Source: Negaprion brevirostris (Eukaryota). From it: 64,000 nt of DNA. The translations under genes and the position numbers were made by a program. The notes beneath the pieces are model-generated. The model did not search any database. It had not been told where the DNA came from and worked only from the letters and a program-made list of their open reading frames with translations. Shown here one piece after another: positions 36,536 to 49,628 of this stretch (within the stretch, counting starts at the first letter, position 1; the number at the start of each line of letters is the position of its first letter). The stretch covers positions 39,554,587 to 39,618,586 of the forward strand of contig JARDVH010000115.1 of assembly GCA_030324005.1 (NCBI GenBank), given 5' to 3'.

Positions 36536-37164
36536 GTAAAAGATGTGAAAGTGCGAACTTGATTTATTATTGTCACATGTATGGGGATGCAGTGAAAAGT
36601 ATTAGCAACATAGAAAATAGGGGCAGGAGTAGGCCATTAGAGCCTGTATCACTCTCTCCCTGAAGAAGTTCTTCCTCATCTCAGTGCTTCCGTGCGCGCT
36701 ATACAGACAAAACATTCATAGAGAAGGAGGAGAGGGTGCAAATGTAATGTTACACTCATAGCTAGGATGTAGAGAAAGATCAACTTAATGCAAGGTAGGT
36801 CCATTCACAAGTCTGACAGCAGCAGGGAAGAAGCTGTTCTTGAATGAATAAATCGTCCAGGATTGGTTCTTCATCCTAATGCTGTCCCCTGAATAGCAAA
36901 GGAGACTTTCAGACATTAATGTAGTTTTAGCAAAACATACAAATAAACAAGTATGAAGTACTAATCTCTAGAATGGTATCGAGTATTGGAAACATAATGC
37001 TTTCATAATGTTAAAGTATTATATTTTGCACATTAACTAAGGTTAGGTTGGATGGATAGAACTTTTTGATAGTCGTTTAATCAGTTCTAGGCTCTTTTTA
37101 AAACCACTGCTTACTTGCAAAGAGAACATTTCATTTTATTTCAATTTTCATAGTGATTGATATA

Positions 37165-37457
37165 GACAGAATTCTACAGTGCAGAAGGTGGCCATTTGGT
37201 TTATTGAGGCTGCACTGACCACAATATCACCTGGGTCCTATTCCCATAACCCCATGCATTTACCCTAACTAGTTCCCCTGACACTAAGGGGCAGTTTAGC
37301 ATGGCCAATCCACCTAACCTGCACATCTTCAGAGTGTGGGAGGAAACCAGAGCACCTGAAGAAACCCATGCAGACATGGGGAGAACATGCAAACTCCACA
37401 CGGACAGAATTCAAGCTGGGAATCAAATCGGGATCCCTGGCTAACCACAATGCCACC
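37165..37457 (-). mobile_element. V-SINE (HE1-like)
   Basis: Reverse complement of the 8494-8840 family (gacactaagggg, aaacccatgcagacatggggagaacatgcaaactccacac). Confidence 0.88.
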
Positions 37458-37894
37458 TATGTCTCCTTGAAATTATATTTCATTTCAACTGATGCCTAGA
37501 AAGCTGAGTGACTTTCTGGCAGTTTCAATTTGTGTAATGCTATTAACGGGCAAGTGACCCAAATTGATTCAAAGGAACTAATTCAAGACAAAAATTGAGT
37601 CAAACAAACATTAGAAAGGTGACTAAAAGCTTGATGAAAGGGGAAGATATGTGAATTCTAGAGGTTAAAGCCAAGACAACTGCCACTAATGGAGTGAAGT
37701 GGAGGATGTACAATAGGCCAGAAATGGAGAAACACCACATTCTCAGAGGAAAATGAAAAGGGATGTAATTTTCTTTGATATTTGTAATATGTGTAAATTA
37801 CTAAGGCCAATGCAAGTATGGGCATATCTGTGAGGAACACCTCAAGGCCATCATATACTTTAACTTTACAGCACAATTCAACCTCGAGCTCTTT

Positions 37895-38090
37895 TAATGC
37901 ACCAAACAAACTCAAATTTACTTAGGGACAAATTAAAAGGAGCAGCCCCCCCAAAAAGGAAGGGGGGACAGCCTGAACAAAACCAAAGTCGAAAGGAAAC
38001 TTAAAACATTAAATCAAAATGTGATTGTCAGGGTCTATAATGCACCCCAGCCCCTGCAGTGCCTGGTGGGCGCAGAAGGCGTCAACTGCA
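37895..38090 (-). mobile_element. Tx1/L1-like ORF2 C-terminus and 3'UTR
   Basis: Reverse strand reads VDAFCAHQALQGLGCIIDPDNHILI* followed by a T-rich UTR, resembling Tx1-clade C-termini (recalled). Confidence 0.5.
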
Positions 38091-38130
38091 ACAGTTCAAC
38101 TTGAATGATGAACGAGAGCCTTTTCTCCAG

Positions 38131-38167
38131 TATGTATATATATATATAGTATATATATATGTGTGTG
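38131..38167. repeat. (TA)n/(TG)n microsatellite
   Basis: tatgtatatatatatatagtatatatatatgtgtgtg. Confidence 0.85.
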
Positions 38168-38399
38168 AAAAATAATTGGTAACAATAGTATATTTGATTA
38201 TATATTCAACTATATCTTTCTATTTCAAGTATAAATAAATTAGAGATGATACCATTTACACCAAATTACAAATGCAATGGATTAGGCTTTGACCGAACTG
38301 GTACTTTTTGATGTTGAACCATTCCTGATATAAAATTGTATTTCATTAACTTTGAAATGTATGCTATTCTATTTGTTTATGAGATTAAATGTAGATGTT

Positions 38400-39640
38400 G
38401 GTTATGTAAGATACTGCACAGTGCAATTGAGGTTTTGTACATGGATTTTCAAAACATGTTTGTTAGCAATTTTATGCCCATGTGATAAAAAGGGAAGTAG
38501 AAGCATGGATAAAAGAAGTTTAAAAAAACAAGAAGTTGTAAATGGCTGTTTTTCAATTGGAAAAGAGACACATGGTGGACTTGAACAAGATTTGTACGAG
38601 AACTACCGCTTACGTTACTAGCTTGGACTTAGAGCTGCAGAGCACAATTTCAAAGTAGCTATTAAAGCATAGGGGATCCTGGGCTTTATAAATGGAGGCA
38701 TAGAATATAAAATCTATATGTAGCACTAGCTCGGCCACAGCTTGAGCATTGTGTCCCATTATGGCACTGTACTTTAGGAAGCACGATACAGGCGCGATTT
38801 AAGACCGTAAGATATACGAGCAGAATTATATTATTCAGCCCATTGGGTCTGCTTCGCCATTCAACCATGGCTGATGTGATTCTCATCCCCATTCTTCTTT
38901 CTTCTTCTCATAACCATTGATCCCCTTATTGATCAAGAACCTTTTAGTAGAATGACTTAGTAGATGGTTTCAGTGATGAGGGATCACTGTTATATGGAAA
39001 GACTGGTGAAGCCTCCTCAGAGCACAGAAAGCTGAAGAGGAATTTGATACAGGTGTTTAAAATCATGATGGTCTTAGAGTAAATAGAAACAAAGTTTCTA
39101 GTGGTTGAAGGTTGATAACAAGAGGGCACAGATTTAAATGTCAAAAGAATCAAAGGCAGGGCGAGGAAAATCTTTTTCATGGAACAGGTGGTTAGGATTT
39201 GGAAAGAACTGCCAGATAGGATAGTCAATACAGACTCAGTAGCAACCTTCAAAAAGTAATTGTGTCAATATCTGAAGGAGGAAAAATTGCAGGAATATGG
39301 GGAAAGAGTGAGTGAGTGGGACTGACTTAACATGAGAACATAAGAAATAGGAGCAGGAGTAGGCCATCCAGCCCTTCGAGCCTGCCCCGCCATTCAATAA
39401 GATCANNNNNNNNNNNNNNNNNNNNNNNNNNNNNNNNNNNNNNNNNNNNNNNNNNNNNNNNNNNNNNNNNNNNNNNNNNNNNNNNNNNNNNNNNNNNNNN
39501 NNNNNGAACTCCTCCTCGAGCCCACCGCGTCCAACATGGGTCGACCAATCAATATGTAGATTGAAATCCCCCATAATTACCGACTTACCAGTGCCAGACT
39601 CACGGAGCCAAATAGCTTTGTATGCTATGTTATGTTATGA
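38400..39640 (+). mobile_element. Old CR1 3' region with nested antisense CR1 insertions (~38810-38943 and 39330-39581)
   Basis: RPQLEHCVPLWHC-type motif and LIQVFKIM. The younger insert spans a gap between a CR1 tail and an EN motif (MGDFNLHIDW). Confidence 0.78.
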
Positions 39641-39714
39641 TTCCTTTGGCTAAGGAGAAAATGATTTACATTAATACAGCAGCTTTCATGTGCTTAGGAT
39701 TTCCCAAACTAATT

Positions 39715-39820
39715 CAGAAACTTTGAAGAAGAGTCATATGGACTTGAAACATTAATTCCGTTTCTCTCTCCACAGATGCCGCCAGATGTGCTGAGTTTTT
39801 CCAGCATTTTCTGTTTCTAC
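39715..39820 (+). mobile_element. Penelope-derived terminal fragment with degenerate hammerhead ribozyme core
   Basis: tTGAAGA-a-gagtc-atatg-gactt-GAAAC-attaattcc-GTTTC, then ctccacagatgc...ctgagtttttccagcattt. Confidence 0.7.
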
Positions 39821-40165
39821 TCAGTAAATTTGCCACCTACGTACTGGCAATACTAATAGTTTCAAACCAGTAAAAAAAAATGTGCAATGTATTGACATTA
39901 AAGCCAGTAAAGTTACTGTGGTAGGGATGGGAGACAGGAAATAGGTACAGAAATTTTAAAATCAAGTTGAATTTGCAAGTTTTGTTATTGCACTTAGAAT
40001 ATATAATAAAAAGCCTCTTTTGCATTAATATTACACCCATTATTTGCATTTTGCTTAATTTCATCAGGCACATAAAGCACTGCTTTAAATTTGTTGCTCA
40101 CAATTAAATCAATCTTTACTGATCATTATTAAAGAAAAAAACATGCCTTTTTTCCTTTTTTCTAG

Positions 40166-40829
40166 ACGATATCCAACAGTTGAAAAAAGAGCCCGAATTT
40201 TCAATGGAGAAAGCTATATGGAGGTACCAGAAGACAAGGTCTTCCTAAATGCACTGTTAGCTGAGCTCGGTATGACTGATCTGGATAAGAACTTTGTGGA
40301 ACACAGGGATGGCTGTTGCAGAATAAATAGGACATCTATTTATGAAGTTGCAATTGGAGAAGGTGTTCTTTGGCCTGTCCTTGTCTTGACACAAAATGCA
40401 ATCCTCTATGCTTGTCTTCCTTTAGTCGAACAGTCTTTGACTCCTCGCCCATCTTTAATTTCTCTACGTGGAATTTCTCCTGCATTTGCACTACTCACGG
40501 GGTTAATGACATTTTTACACACGGCACAAAGAAATGAATCAGAAATTGCTACCAAAATGGCACAGCTCCCTGCTATGTTGATGCATGCTTGTCCACTGGG
40601 GACTCCAACAAATACTGATTTTGGATTAATGCAGACCCTGTCTGGCAGCCTTGTTCCTCAGAATGCAATTTCTTCAGCACAGACACAAAAGCAACCAGCC
40701 TGGAAGCCTGGTGTATACAAAGGGAAACCACAGGTTAATGTATGTGTCACTGAACAAATTACATCCATGCAGTACGACAAGAAAGATGTCATTGACGTGT
40801 GGCAGGATTATGGAACTGTAACATGTAAG
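40166..40829 (+). CDS. AP5M1: AP5M1 coding exon 2 (RYPTVEKRARIFNG...QKQPAWKPGVYKGKPQV...GTVTCK)
   Basis: Lies within ORF 40143-40844. Polypyrimidine tract then tctag|A, donor AAG|gtgagg. Strong similarity to vertebrate AP5M1/MUDENG. Confidence 0.97.
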
Positions 40830-41564
40830 GTGAGGTTCATGTAGAGTAAACTAGTTTTGGAAATCACTTTTCCAACTGAAATAAGGAAGGCTGTGTTGTA
40901 TTTTAAGAACAGTTACATTTTTAATATGGAAACACCATAGACAAGGATTTTCTTTTTACATTTATGTTCCTCATTTATTTAGTAAAATACTTTTGTTACG
41001 ACTGTAAATTTCAATACATTTCTCCCTATTTGCTGAATTCTAACAACTGGTAAATAAATGAAAGGGTATGTATTGAGTTACAGCTTCATGTTTAGTTTCA
41101 TGAATAAAATTTCCATTACTTATTGGTACTCTTTTTATGTTAATTAGGACTCTCGAAAATGAGAGAGTTCTGGCAGGTAGCGTCTCTTTCACTCAATATG
41201 AAAATTCCCTTCCATGGTGACACACTTGCTTTAGAGTGCGAACATTATTGATTCACCCCACCCAAGGGCAAAAGCCCATAACCAAAGATGGTGCCAGTCA
41301 AGTGCTGCACTGCCAGTGATGCTGTCTTTTCAAACCGATATTAGCCCAAGGTTTGAACCGCCTGTACAAATAATTCCAAGGTCGAAAAAAAGACAATATA
41401 CAGATAGAAAGAAAAGAGCATCTTTATATTGTCTTTATTTGGCCTTAGAAGTTTTTGCTGCAAGTACTCAGCAATGTTTGCTTTCTTTTATTTAACGAAA
41501 GTGCTCAATTTTAATTTTCGTCATTTGCTTTTGTTTCTGACTTGCTGTATTTGTTCCAATTTAG

Positions 41565-41792
41565 TGTGATCTAGAAGGAATAATGCCAACTGTTACAGTA
41601 AGTCTGAATCTACCCATCAACGGGTCTCCTCTCCAGGATATCCTTGTGCACCCGTCTGTCAGTGCAGTTGACTCCACTATCCTTACTTTTAACAGTGTTG
41701 ATGAAATGGATGATTCACTGTTCAATGGGCCATACAAATTTCCTTTCACACCACCATTAGATGTATTTAAACTCTGCTACTACACCTCACAG
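41565..41792 (+). CDS. AP5M1: AP5M1 coding exon 3 ([17 protein letters not shown]...FKLCYYTSQ)
   Basis: ttag|TGT acceptor, CAG|gtaaga donor, 228 nt. Mu-homology-domain sequence [11 protein letters not shown] and [11 protein letters not shown]. Confidence 0.97.
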
Positions 41793-41949
41793 GTAAGAAT
41801 ATATTGTATTTATTGAATTTAAAGCAAAAAGTGAATTTAGCATAATTTCTTTAAGTGATTTTTTTTAAAAAATAATGAAATGACATTTTCATTAAAGTGG
41901 AATTGAATTTAGCTTGCTTTGGATTGTCAATTTTTAGCTTGGATTCACT

Positions 41950-42240
41950 TTGTTCTCAGGTGTCAATCTTATCTCAGAAGTAGCTTTCTCCCTCAAAATC
42001 GGAGTGCTTTGGGTTCAAGGCAATATGTTACGAACACATACTGAACGATCTATTACACTGCTGTTTGTAGTTCCTATTGCATATATACTGCTGTGTTTGG
42101 TTGCTTTATAACAGAGAGTTTAGTTCAAAAGTATTTTGTTAGCTGTATTTTATTTTGAATTTTGTTAGTATTTTGTTGGCTGTGAGTGCTGTCAAACATC
42201 TTGAGGACAAAGACGATGCTACGTAAATCTAAGTTTTTTC
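41950..42240 (+). mobile_element. Old tRNA-SINE with L2-like tail (DeuSINE/SacSINE1-like)
   Basis: gggttcaag B-box relic and tail ttcaaaagtattt...gctgtgag...gatgctacgtaaatctaagtt. A Deu-like motif gtgctgcactgccagtgatgctgtctttt also occurs near 41300-41330. Confidence 0.45.
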
Positions 42241-42935
42241 TTCATTCATTTCAGTTTTCTCCTTCAACTAATTATTGTAAATGTGCAGACACTATCAGTG
42301 GCTGTCAGTTATTTATGTTGGGCTTTTTTTGTGTATTTAATTGTGCTGACTTTTCTTAAATGCATCATGTCACAGAATAGTACACATGGCATCATTGAAT
42401 TGGACCAATATGTAGGTATATGTTTCCCAGAAGCTGTTAGCTGTCATTGGCAAACCTTAATGCAGCCAAAGACAGTTTATTAAGTCTGTTAGCTGGACAG
42501 CTAGTTAGTGATGCAGAGCAATTTCTGTGTTCAATTTTTGTACTGGCTAATGCTATTTAAAATGCATGCAAATTAGTATTTGCATACATAATGCAGCTCC
42601 ACGCCAATTTCCAGCCCAGAGCTGACGGTGCTGAAAATCTAGCTGCCAGAGATGCACGGAGGCCATGACGCCCAGCGGGGAGCCCGTAAAATGGCCTCTG
42701 CAGAGTTTCCCAGCCCACTCCACAACAAAAGCAGTGTAGCAGTTCAGATTCGCTGCATTCAAGACGGCTTATTTTGAATTTTTAGAATCTTTCAAGTTGA
42801 CAAGAAAAATTCCAACTTGATTTGAGCGAAAACAACAAATTGTCCTCCCTTATCAAACTAAATAGTCACCTGAATTAATGTAGTTAAGTTTTAGGAAAAT
42901 GGCTAAGTAACATTACCTCTCTTGTTTGTTTACAG

Positions 42936-43075
42936 GTACCAGTCCCTCCGATCCTTGGTTCCTATCAAATGAAGGAAGAAGAGCAATTTGTAAAGATTAC
43001 AGTTAATCTGAAACTACATGAAAGTGTCAAAAATGGATTTGAATACTGTGAAGCTCACATTCCCTTCTTCAACAG
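42936..43075 (+). CDS. AP5M1: AP5M1 coding exon 4 ([16 protein letters not shown]...EAHIPFFN-R)
   Basis: tttacag|GTA acceptor, AACAG|gtaat donor, 140 nt. Matches human [16 protein letters not shown]...CEAHIPFYNR. Confidence 0.96.
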
Positions 43076-43104
43076 GTAATGCAAGTGACAGCTTCAGGAA
43101 TGAT

Positions 43105-43452
43105 TTATGCAGTGCCAATCTGAGAGATTGTTTCCATTGGTCGGGAAATCCAAAACATGGGGAGGAGTGGGGAGTGAGTGGGTGGCCGGTGGCAGTTACA
43201 GAATAACGGGCCAATCATTTAGGACTGAGATGAAAAATTTCTTCACTCAAAGGGTTGTGAATCCTCAGGACTCTTCACCCCAGTTAGTTGTGAATGCACC
43301 ATTGTTGAATACATTTAAGGTAGGGATAGACGTGTTTTTAGCCTCTCAGGAAATTAAGGAATATGGGGAGTGTTGGAAAAATGGATCATCCATGACCATA
43401 TTGAATAGCAAGCCGGACGATCTATGAAGTCTACTCCTGCTCCTATTTCTTA
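43105..43452 (+). mobile_element. CR1 3' end in AP5M1 intron 4
   Basis: RLFPLVGKSKT...FRTEMKNFFTQRVVN and tail ctactcctgctcctatttctt. Confidence 0.85.
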
Positions 43453-44294
43453 GTGTAAGTTAGGATGATGCCTGACTGGGAGGGGAAACAGATGCTAATG
43501 TTCTCATGTGTCTTCTGCCCAGGTCCTGCTGTGTAGTAGGGGTTGTGGTTTGGAAAGTGCTGTCAAAGAAGGCTTGTCAGGTTGCTGCACTATCAATATG
43601 AAACACATTGCTGCTACTGTGGTGGAGGGGATGAATATTTAAGTTGGTTAATGGGATGCTGATCAAATGGCTACTTTATCCTGGATGGTGTCAAGCTTTT
43701 TGAGTGTTGTTGGAGCAGTAGTCATCCAGGCAAATGTAGGGAACATAGAGTTAGGTCATAATTCAACAAGGACATCATTAAATGGTAAAATAGGCTCAAG
43801 GGGCTAAATGGACTTCTTGTTCTATGTTCCATTGAGAGGTTAATGTTGAGGACGAGCGCAAATAACCAGAAAACTTATGGAAGGGTAGCAAATTGTAAGC
43901 AGTGTGATAAATTGTTCAATTGTTTGCTTTGTGGCACTTTGTATGATTTCTGGTGAAGATGGCAAAGGTTGTCAAATGGAGTTCAGAACTATTAATGGGC
44001 TTAATTGGTTTTCCTCAACCTCTTATTTTAATGGGGACACTGACTCCTAAACTCTCAACATCAGTGGCTGCCATTAAACTACTGGACCGGAGAAATGCCA
44101 TGCCAACACATGACAACTTTAGTCTGCCGTGTCACCAATTGTGATTTACAACAACACAAACGGAGTTGGGAACTTCATAATTGCCCACTGCTACACTTGA
44201 CAAGTGGTTCATTGGCAGTGAAAAAAAACTTTTATACACACCAAGGCTATGACAGGCAAGAAAGAAATGCAAGACATTCTTTCTTGTGAACTTT

Positions 44295-44785
44295 GTTTTT
44301 CATTTACTCATTCACGGCTGGGCTAGTATCCATCCCTAAGTGCCCTTCAGAAGGTAGTGGTGAGCTGCCTTCTTGAACCGCTGCAGTTCGTGTGATGTAG
44401 GGGCACCCACAGTGCTGTTAGGGAGGGAGTTCCAGGATTTTCACATAGTGACAGTGAAGGAACAGCGATATATTTCCAAGGCAGGATGATGAGTGACTTG
44501 GAGGGGAGCCTCCAGGTGGTGGTGCTCCCCAATGCATCTGCTGCCCTCGTCCTTGTAGATGGTAGAGATTAAGGAATTGGGACATTACCCTGAAGGACTC
44601 CCGCAGAGATGTCCTGGCGCTGAAATGATTGATGTCCAACCACCACAACCATCTTCTTTTATGCTGGGTATGACTCCAATCAGTGGAGAGTTTCCCCCCT
44701 ATTCTCATTAATTCCAATTTTGCCAGGGTTCCTTGATGTTACACTTCAGTAAATTATGTCAAGGGCAGTCACTTCCACCTCAACT
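44295..44785 (-). mobile_element. CR1-group LINE family B 3' fragments
   Basis: Reverse family B tail (catccctaagtgcccttcagaaggtagtggtgagctgcc) and ISA.VLQG.VP motif. Confidence 0.8.
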
Positions 44786-44834
44786 CTTCTGCGCAGAATG
44801 TAAGGCACCCAAGGTCATTTCTGTAGCAATCTAA

Positions 44835-45128
44835 TCATAGAATCATAGAGCCTACAGCCTGTGCTGACAACAATCCCGCCCAGGTACTATCCCCGTAATC
44901 CCACGCGTCCCCCTAGTGCTAGTCCGCTGACACTAAGGGTCAATTTAGCGTGGCCAATGCACCTAACTCACACATCTTTGGAGTGTGAGAGGAAACCGGA
45001 GAACTTGGAGGAAAACCATAGAGACATGGGGAGAATATGCAAACCCCACGCAGGCCTGAGGCCGGAATTGAATCGGGTCTCTGGAGCTGTGAGGCAACAG
45101 TGCCAACCACTGTGCCACCGTGCTACCC
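44835..45128 (-). mobile_element. V-SINE (HE1-like)
   Basis: Reverse head gggtagcacggtggcacagtggttggcactg; tail repeat catagaatcatag. Confidence 0.9.
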
Positions 45129-48100
45129 TGTAATGGAGAATACAACGGCAACTTAGACATAAGTTCTCTGAGACAGCTAATCATTCCAGGCCCTTCTTAG
45201 GAGCATAAACTGACCCATTTGGCACAGAAACAAATAAGTTGATGGAAAGCTGGTCATAGAAGTAGATTTCAGGGTGTACTATTGGTGGAGAGTGAGATGA
45301 GGAGATTCGAGAAGGGAATCCCAGAGCCTGGGGCTGAAGCAGCTGAAGGCATGGCTGCCAGTGATGGGCCACAGGAAATCAGAGATCATTAAGGAATGAG
45401 GAGGTTTCTGAGGGTTTTAGGATGGACCTGGTTACAGAGATAGGCGAGGCATTGGAACACATGAATAGCTTCAGCCACGTGCAAACACAACAGGATGGGA
45501 TGGCTGGGCACCGAAACTTTCAGTCAATGTGACCGCTGATGTGTGAAGAGAATCGGCTGACAGTTTTTTTGCAGTGAGATGGATTTTATNNNNNNNNNNN
45601 NNNNNNNNNNNNNNNNNNNNNNNNNNNNNNNNNNNNNNNNNNNNNNNNNNNNNNNNNNNNNNNNNNNNNNNNNNNNNNNNNNNNNNNNNTGGTGAATGTG
45701 GAGTCCCTTCTCAAGTGGGACATTTACACTTAAATATTATTGCATTAGGATATTCAGTTGCAACTTAAGATACCTTAGTTGCTCTGAAATTACAACTGTG
45801 ATATCGATCTCATTGTGCAACAGATGAAATTTTATTACAATGCATGGACCTCAGAATCTGTTTCCTTGGTGAATTGTCAATGAACATTGTGAATTTTCCC
45901 TTCCGTATACAAAAGAACAAGCTATGCAGACTTTTCTTGTGGACTGTTTATCCAAGGGATTTTCTTTAGTAATTTAGATAGTTAGAACCACTGCAAACAA
46001 GCCTGACATTTAGAGATACCAGCTACATTAATCATATTGATTCACGTCTAAACTGTTAAATAGTTGTAATAACTATTTTTACACTTTAAATAAATGTTAA
46101 TTCTATTACTACAAAATTATTGGAAGCTATTTTTTCAAGTGTAACCATTTTTGAATTCTACGACTATCCTACCTATTACCCTTTATACACAGTACGATAT
46201 GTTTTCATTTTGTTTGTGATGATTTTAAAAATCCAACAATATTTAATTTCATTTTAACTACTCTGAATTTAATAAAATTCCAAAGGGTTGCATGGCCTAA
46301 TAATGCATTTTATTATAGTCTGGATACAAAGTAGGTGGTTACAAAAATAAAACTGCAACATCTTTTATATTTCTTCTTTAACTCTTAAATAATTCTCAGT
46401 AGTAATTACATTTTCTCTCTGGTTCTTTTCAATAGTTAAGTTAATGTTTGCAATGTTTTCACCATTTATAGGCCATCTTCCAGTTGTGTGCATTGTTCCT
46501 GTGCTTGAAATTCAATTGTCCTTTTGAAGGGCATGTAGAATGTTTAACATCTTTCATATAAATTTCAATTCATTAAAGATAAGATTAAGTCAATGGAACC
46601 TTTGCTCACACAGAAAATTGTGTACGGTTTCTGTTTACATCCTTAGAATTCAGCTACGTGCTAAGGAACAGTTGCAAAAGTGGAAGGGCCAGAAAATGCA
46701 GTCCCACTTGCATTAGAAGTCAAATAGGAGCTCAGTCTGTCGACGATTTTCTCTAGGTGGCTGCTACACTTTATGCCCACACTGAATTAAATAATTGCTA
46801 AACAAAATTGTAGAATTCCACTTTATGAAAGGAAATCAAGATTGAGGTTTTCTAATTCGAAATGTTGCCTAATACATAATTATGACCTTCATATAACAAT
46901 ATTATGCAGTTATTAGCAAAGGATGTAATGTTATTTAGATTATTTTGAGTGTAGAAAGCAGCCTAATAAATTGTCATTGCTCCTAATCGGCTCCAGTCTA
47001 CAATCATTGGAACATCAGCAGAACTCAAATAAATTCAGAACGATGGGGTTATTGAGGATGNNNNNNNNNNNNNNNNNNNNNNNNNNNNNNNNNNNNNNNN
47101 NNNNNNNNNNNNNNNNNNNNNNNNNNNNNNNNNNNNNNNNNNNNNNNNNNNNNNNNNNNNGTGTCCATCTTTAATGATCACCCAATCTCCAGTGGCTCTC
47201 ATTGTGCCTGGACACACAGTTTTTTCATCATCAAGGAAACATACACGCTCTTTACCACCTTCAATGGATAAAATACAATGAGAATTTCGGTGCACTGTAT
47301 TTGAAATGGATATCAAGAGAATGGGCGAGATAAATATGCTCTACTCATGTTTACCACTTTTGGTCAGGTCAGAAGTGTGGGTCTGAATCTGGATTCTGTG
47401 GTCGTTAGGGATGTACCACAGATCAGAGTCACTGAAACACATGTTTTTTTGTGAGAATGATGAAAGGATCATACTTCTAGTACCTCTAACACAACAGCAT
47501 CAATTCAAAGAGCTTGAGAGATTCTTTTGGTCTTATATTCTTAAATTCATGGGCTGAGGGTGCCATCTGCTCAGATGTTTTAGCTTTAGTGATTGCAGAG
47601 ATGCAGCCAAATCAAGGAAGAACGAGAAAACCCTTCATTCTTATCTGCATTTCTTACACATTCTTACAATGTGCACTGGCCAGCCAGTCCAGAGTTGTAC
47701 ACTTTAATGACATTTTGCATCCTTGTTTCAAAGTTGAAGCCTGATTCTCACAGACTCTTTCATTCTGTCAACAAACACCCAAAGTTGCAGAATTTGCATC
47801 CATGTGAATAAATATATTGTTCATGGTCTCACTTATGGAAATTTGAAACATAATTCATGCCACAACAGGTGACATATGCTGCATTTCACGGTCTCAAGTT
47901 ACCTATTGGCCTCTTGTTAATTTGAAAATAGATGCCTCGAGGGCAATAATTACAAATTCAGTCAGAGACTTTTCATTGAACTGAGTTTTACAAGTATATG
48001 TTTGAAATGTAGCAGCTAGAGAATTGTGTTTTCTGTAGTTGGCTTAGCATCATTATCCAATCCATATATTATAAAATATTTTATCATTTAACTTCTCCAG

Positions 48101-49628
48101 TCTTTGTTTCTATCACAGCCCTTCCCTTTTGTTCTTTCTGTCTCCCCTTCTACCTGGGGGTCTATACCTCCAATCTCGCCACAGATGCTGTATCACTTTG
48201 AGTATTTCCAACATTGCTAGTTTTCACTGCATCTACTAGTTTTGGTAGCTGTTACTTCAGAAATACAAAACCAATGTTATCAAAGGCTAATCAGGACATA
48301 ATAAACCTCCGATGCTAATTCTAAAACCAAAGCAGCAAAAGACTGATCTCAGTGGAAAATGTAGGATTTATTAAAGAAAAATACTTGCATTTGACATACT
48401 TGAAGAATAGGGACATAAGTAGTTAACAACTTGAGGCTGCAAACATATGTAAAAATATCTTCTGCAAGATTAAAAAAAAACAATATTTACTGAGTAATTA
48501 CACTTAAGGTGAATGAGAAGACTGGCAAAACTTAGACATAATCAAACAGAATGATTACGAAGGCTAATATCCTTTTCAGAGTTTTATTTACGAACTTTGA
48601 CCTGCAGCAAGGACAAAGTCAGGGGCAAATGTTAATTATCTTGTTGAGAAGCTACACACAAAAATTCTTTACCTATGAAAACTTGTCCTTCTCCTTCATG
48701 AATTATTTGACCAGAGTTATCTACAACATCCAAAATAGTTCCCAAAAGAGGAAATCCCAAAGGAACACATCCTTCATGTCTGAAATGCAAACACAGTTAA
48801 CAATTAATTCTCAAAACATAGTTAAGATACTAAATTTTTTAAAAATTCCCCAACATTACTGACCCTTATGAAAGAAACCTGGATGCTGGACTATTCAGTC
48901 CAAAGTACATCGATGTCTGTAGTCACAATGGTGAGGTAACTACTGATGCTTTACAAAGATGATTTAAGTTCTGCATCCAAGTATTAACATGGTTAGGTTT
49001 ACTTACATTTTGGGGAATAATACTATTACAGTCACATCAGCATGTTCCCAAAGTAATTAAGAGGCCCATCTTCTAAGAAAAATTAAACCTACTGCACAGA
49101 AAACCAAGTCTGATCTACACCTAGTAGAGTAATACAATCTGAACATAACACTTCACCAACAATGATGACCTCTGAAATAGAAGGAATCAACTCAGCAGAA
49201 AATTTGGGATTGAAGCTTGCCAAAAAAAACCTTATTGTGGAGCAAACTATTGGTTGTCAGCCCTACCCCAGAGATGGCCTCCGGAGGCAATTTTCCTCCT
49301 TCTAAAAATGTCATCAAAATTCTCAACAAAATATTCTATTATCAAAATATTTGGCTGCTCCAGCATTACATTAAACCAACATAATTCAATAACATTCATA
49401 TATCATAAACTCTCCCTTACTGTCAAATCAATATTAAATACTGCCAGTCAGCAAACAATTGGCTAGATGATTCATGAGAGAATTAGATCAATTTCTGAGT
49501 CAATAATATATTCCATAGTACATTAATGGATGTGTTACAAAGGTACAAATAATTTGTTTAGATGTCAAACAATTTTAATGATAGAAAAAAACTGTTAAAT
49601 TAATCTCATAGGTCATTTTAGCTCAGTT

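Larger units (their letters stand above)
35990..36540. promoter_or_regulatory. CpG-rich bidirectional promoter of EXOC5/AP5M1
   Basis: The most CpG-dense stretch in the window. The ATGs are 347 bp apart and divergent. YY1 motif CCGCCATCTT at 36284-36293, ETS/GABP cores CTTCCG (36281) and CGGAAGT (36302), TGCGCA at 36339. Confidence 0.85.

Noticed and set aside
40143-40165. ORF-track start MPFFLFS for the AP5M1 exon 2 ORF
   Set aside because: This is the intron polypyrimidine tract and acceptor; the true start is in exon 1 at 36471.
48250-49500. Possible very old L1-like remnant in AP5M1 intron 4
   Set aside because: A-rich plus strand and faint motifs only; too degenerate to support a call.
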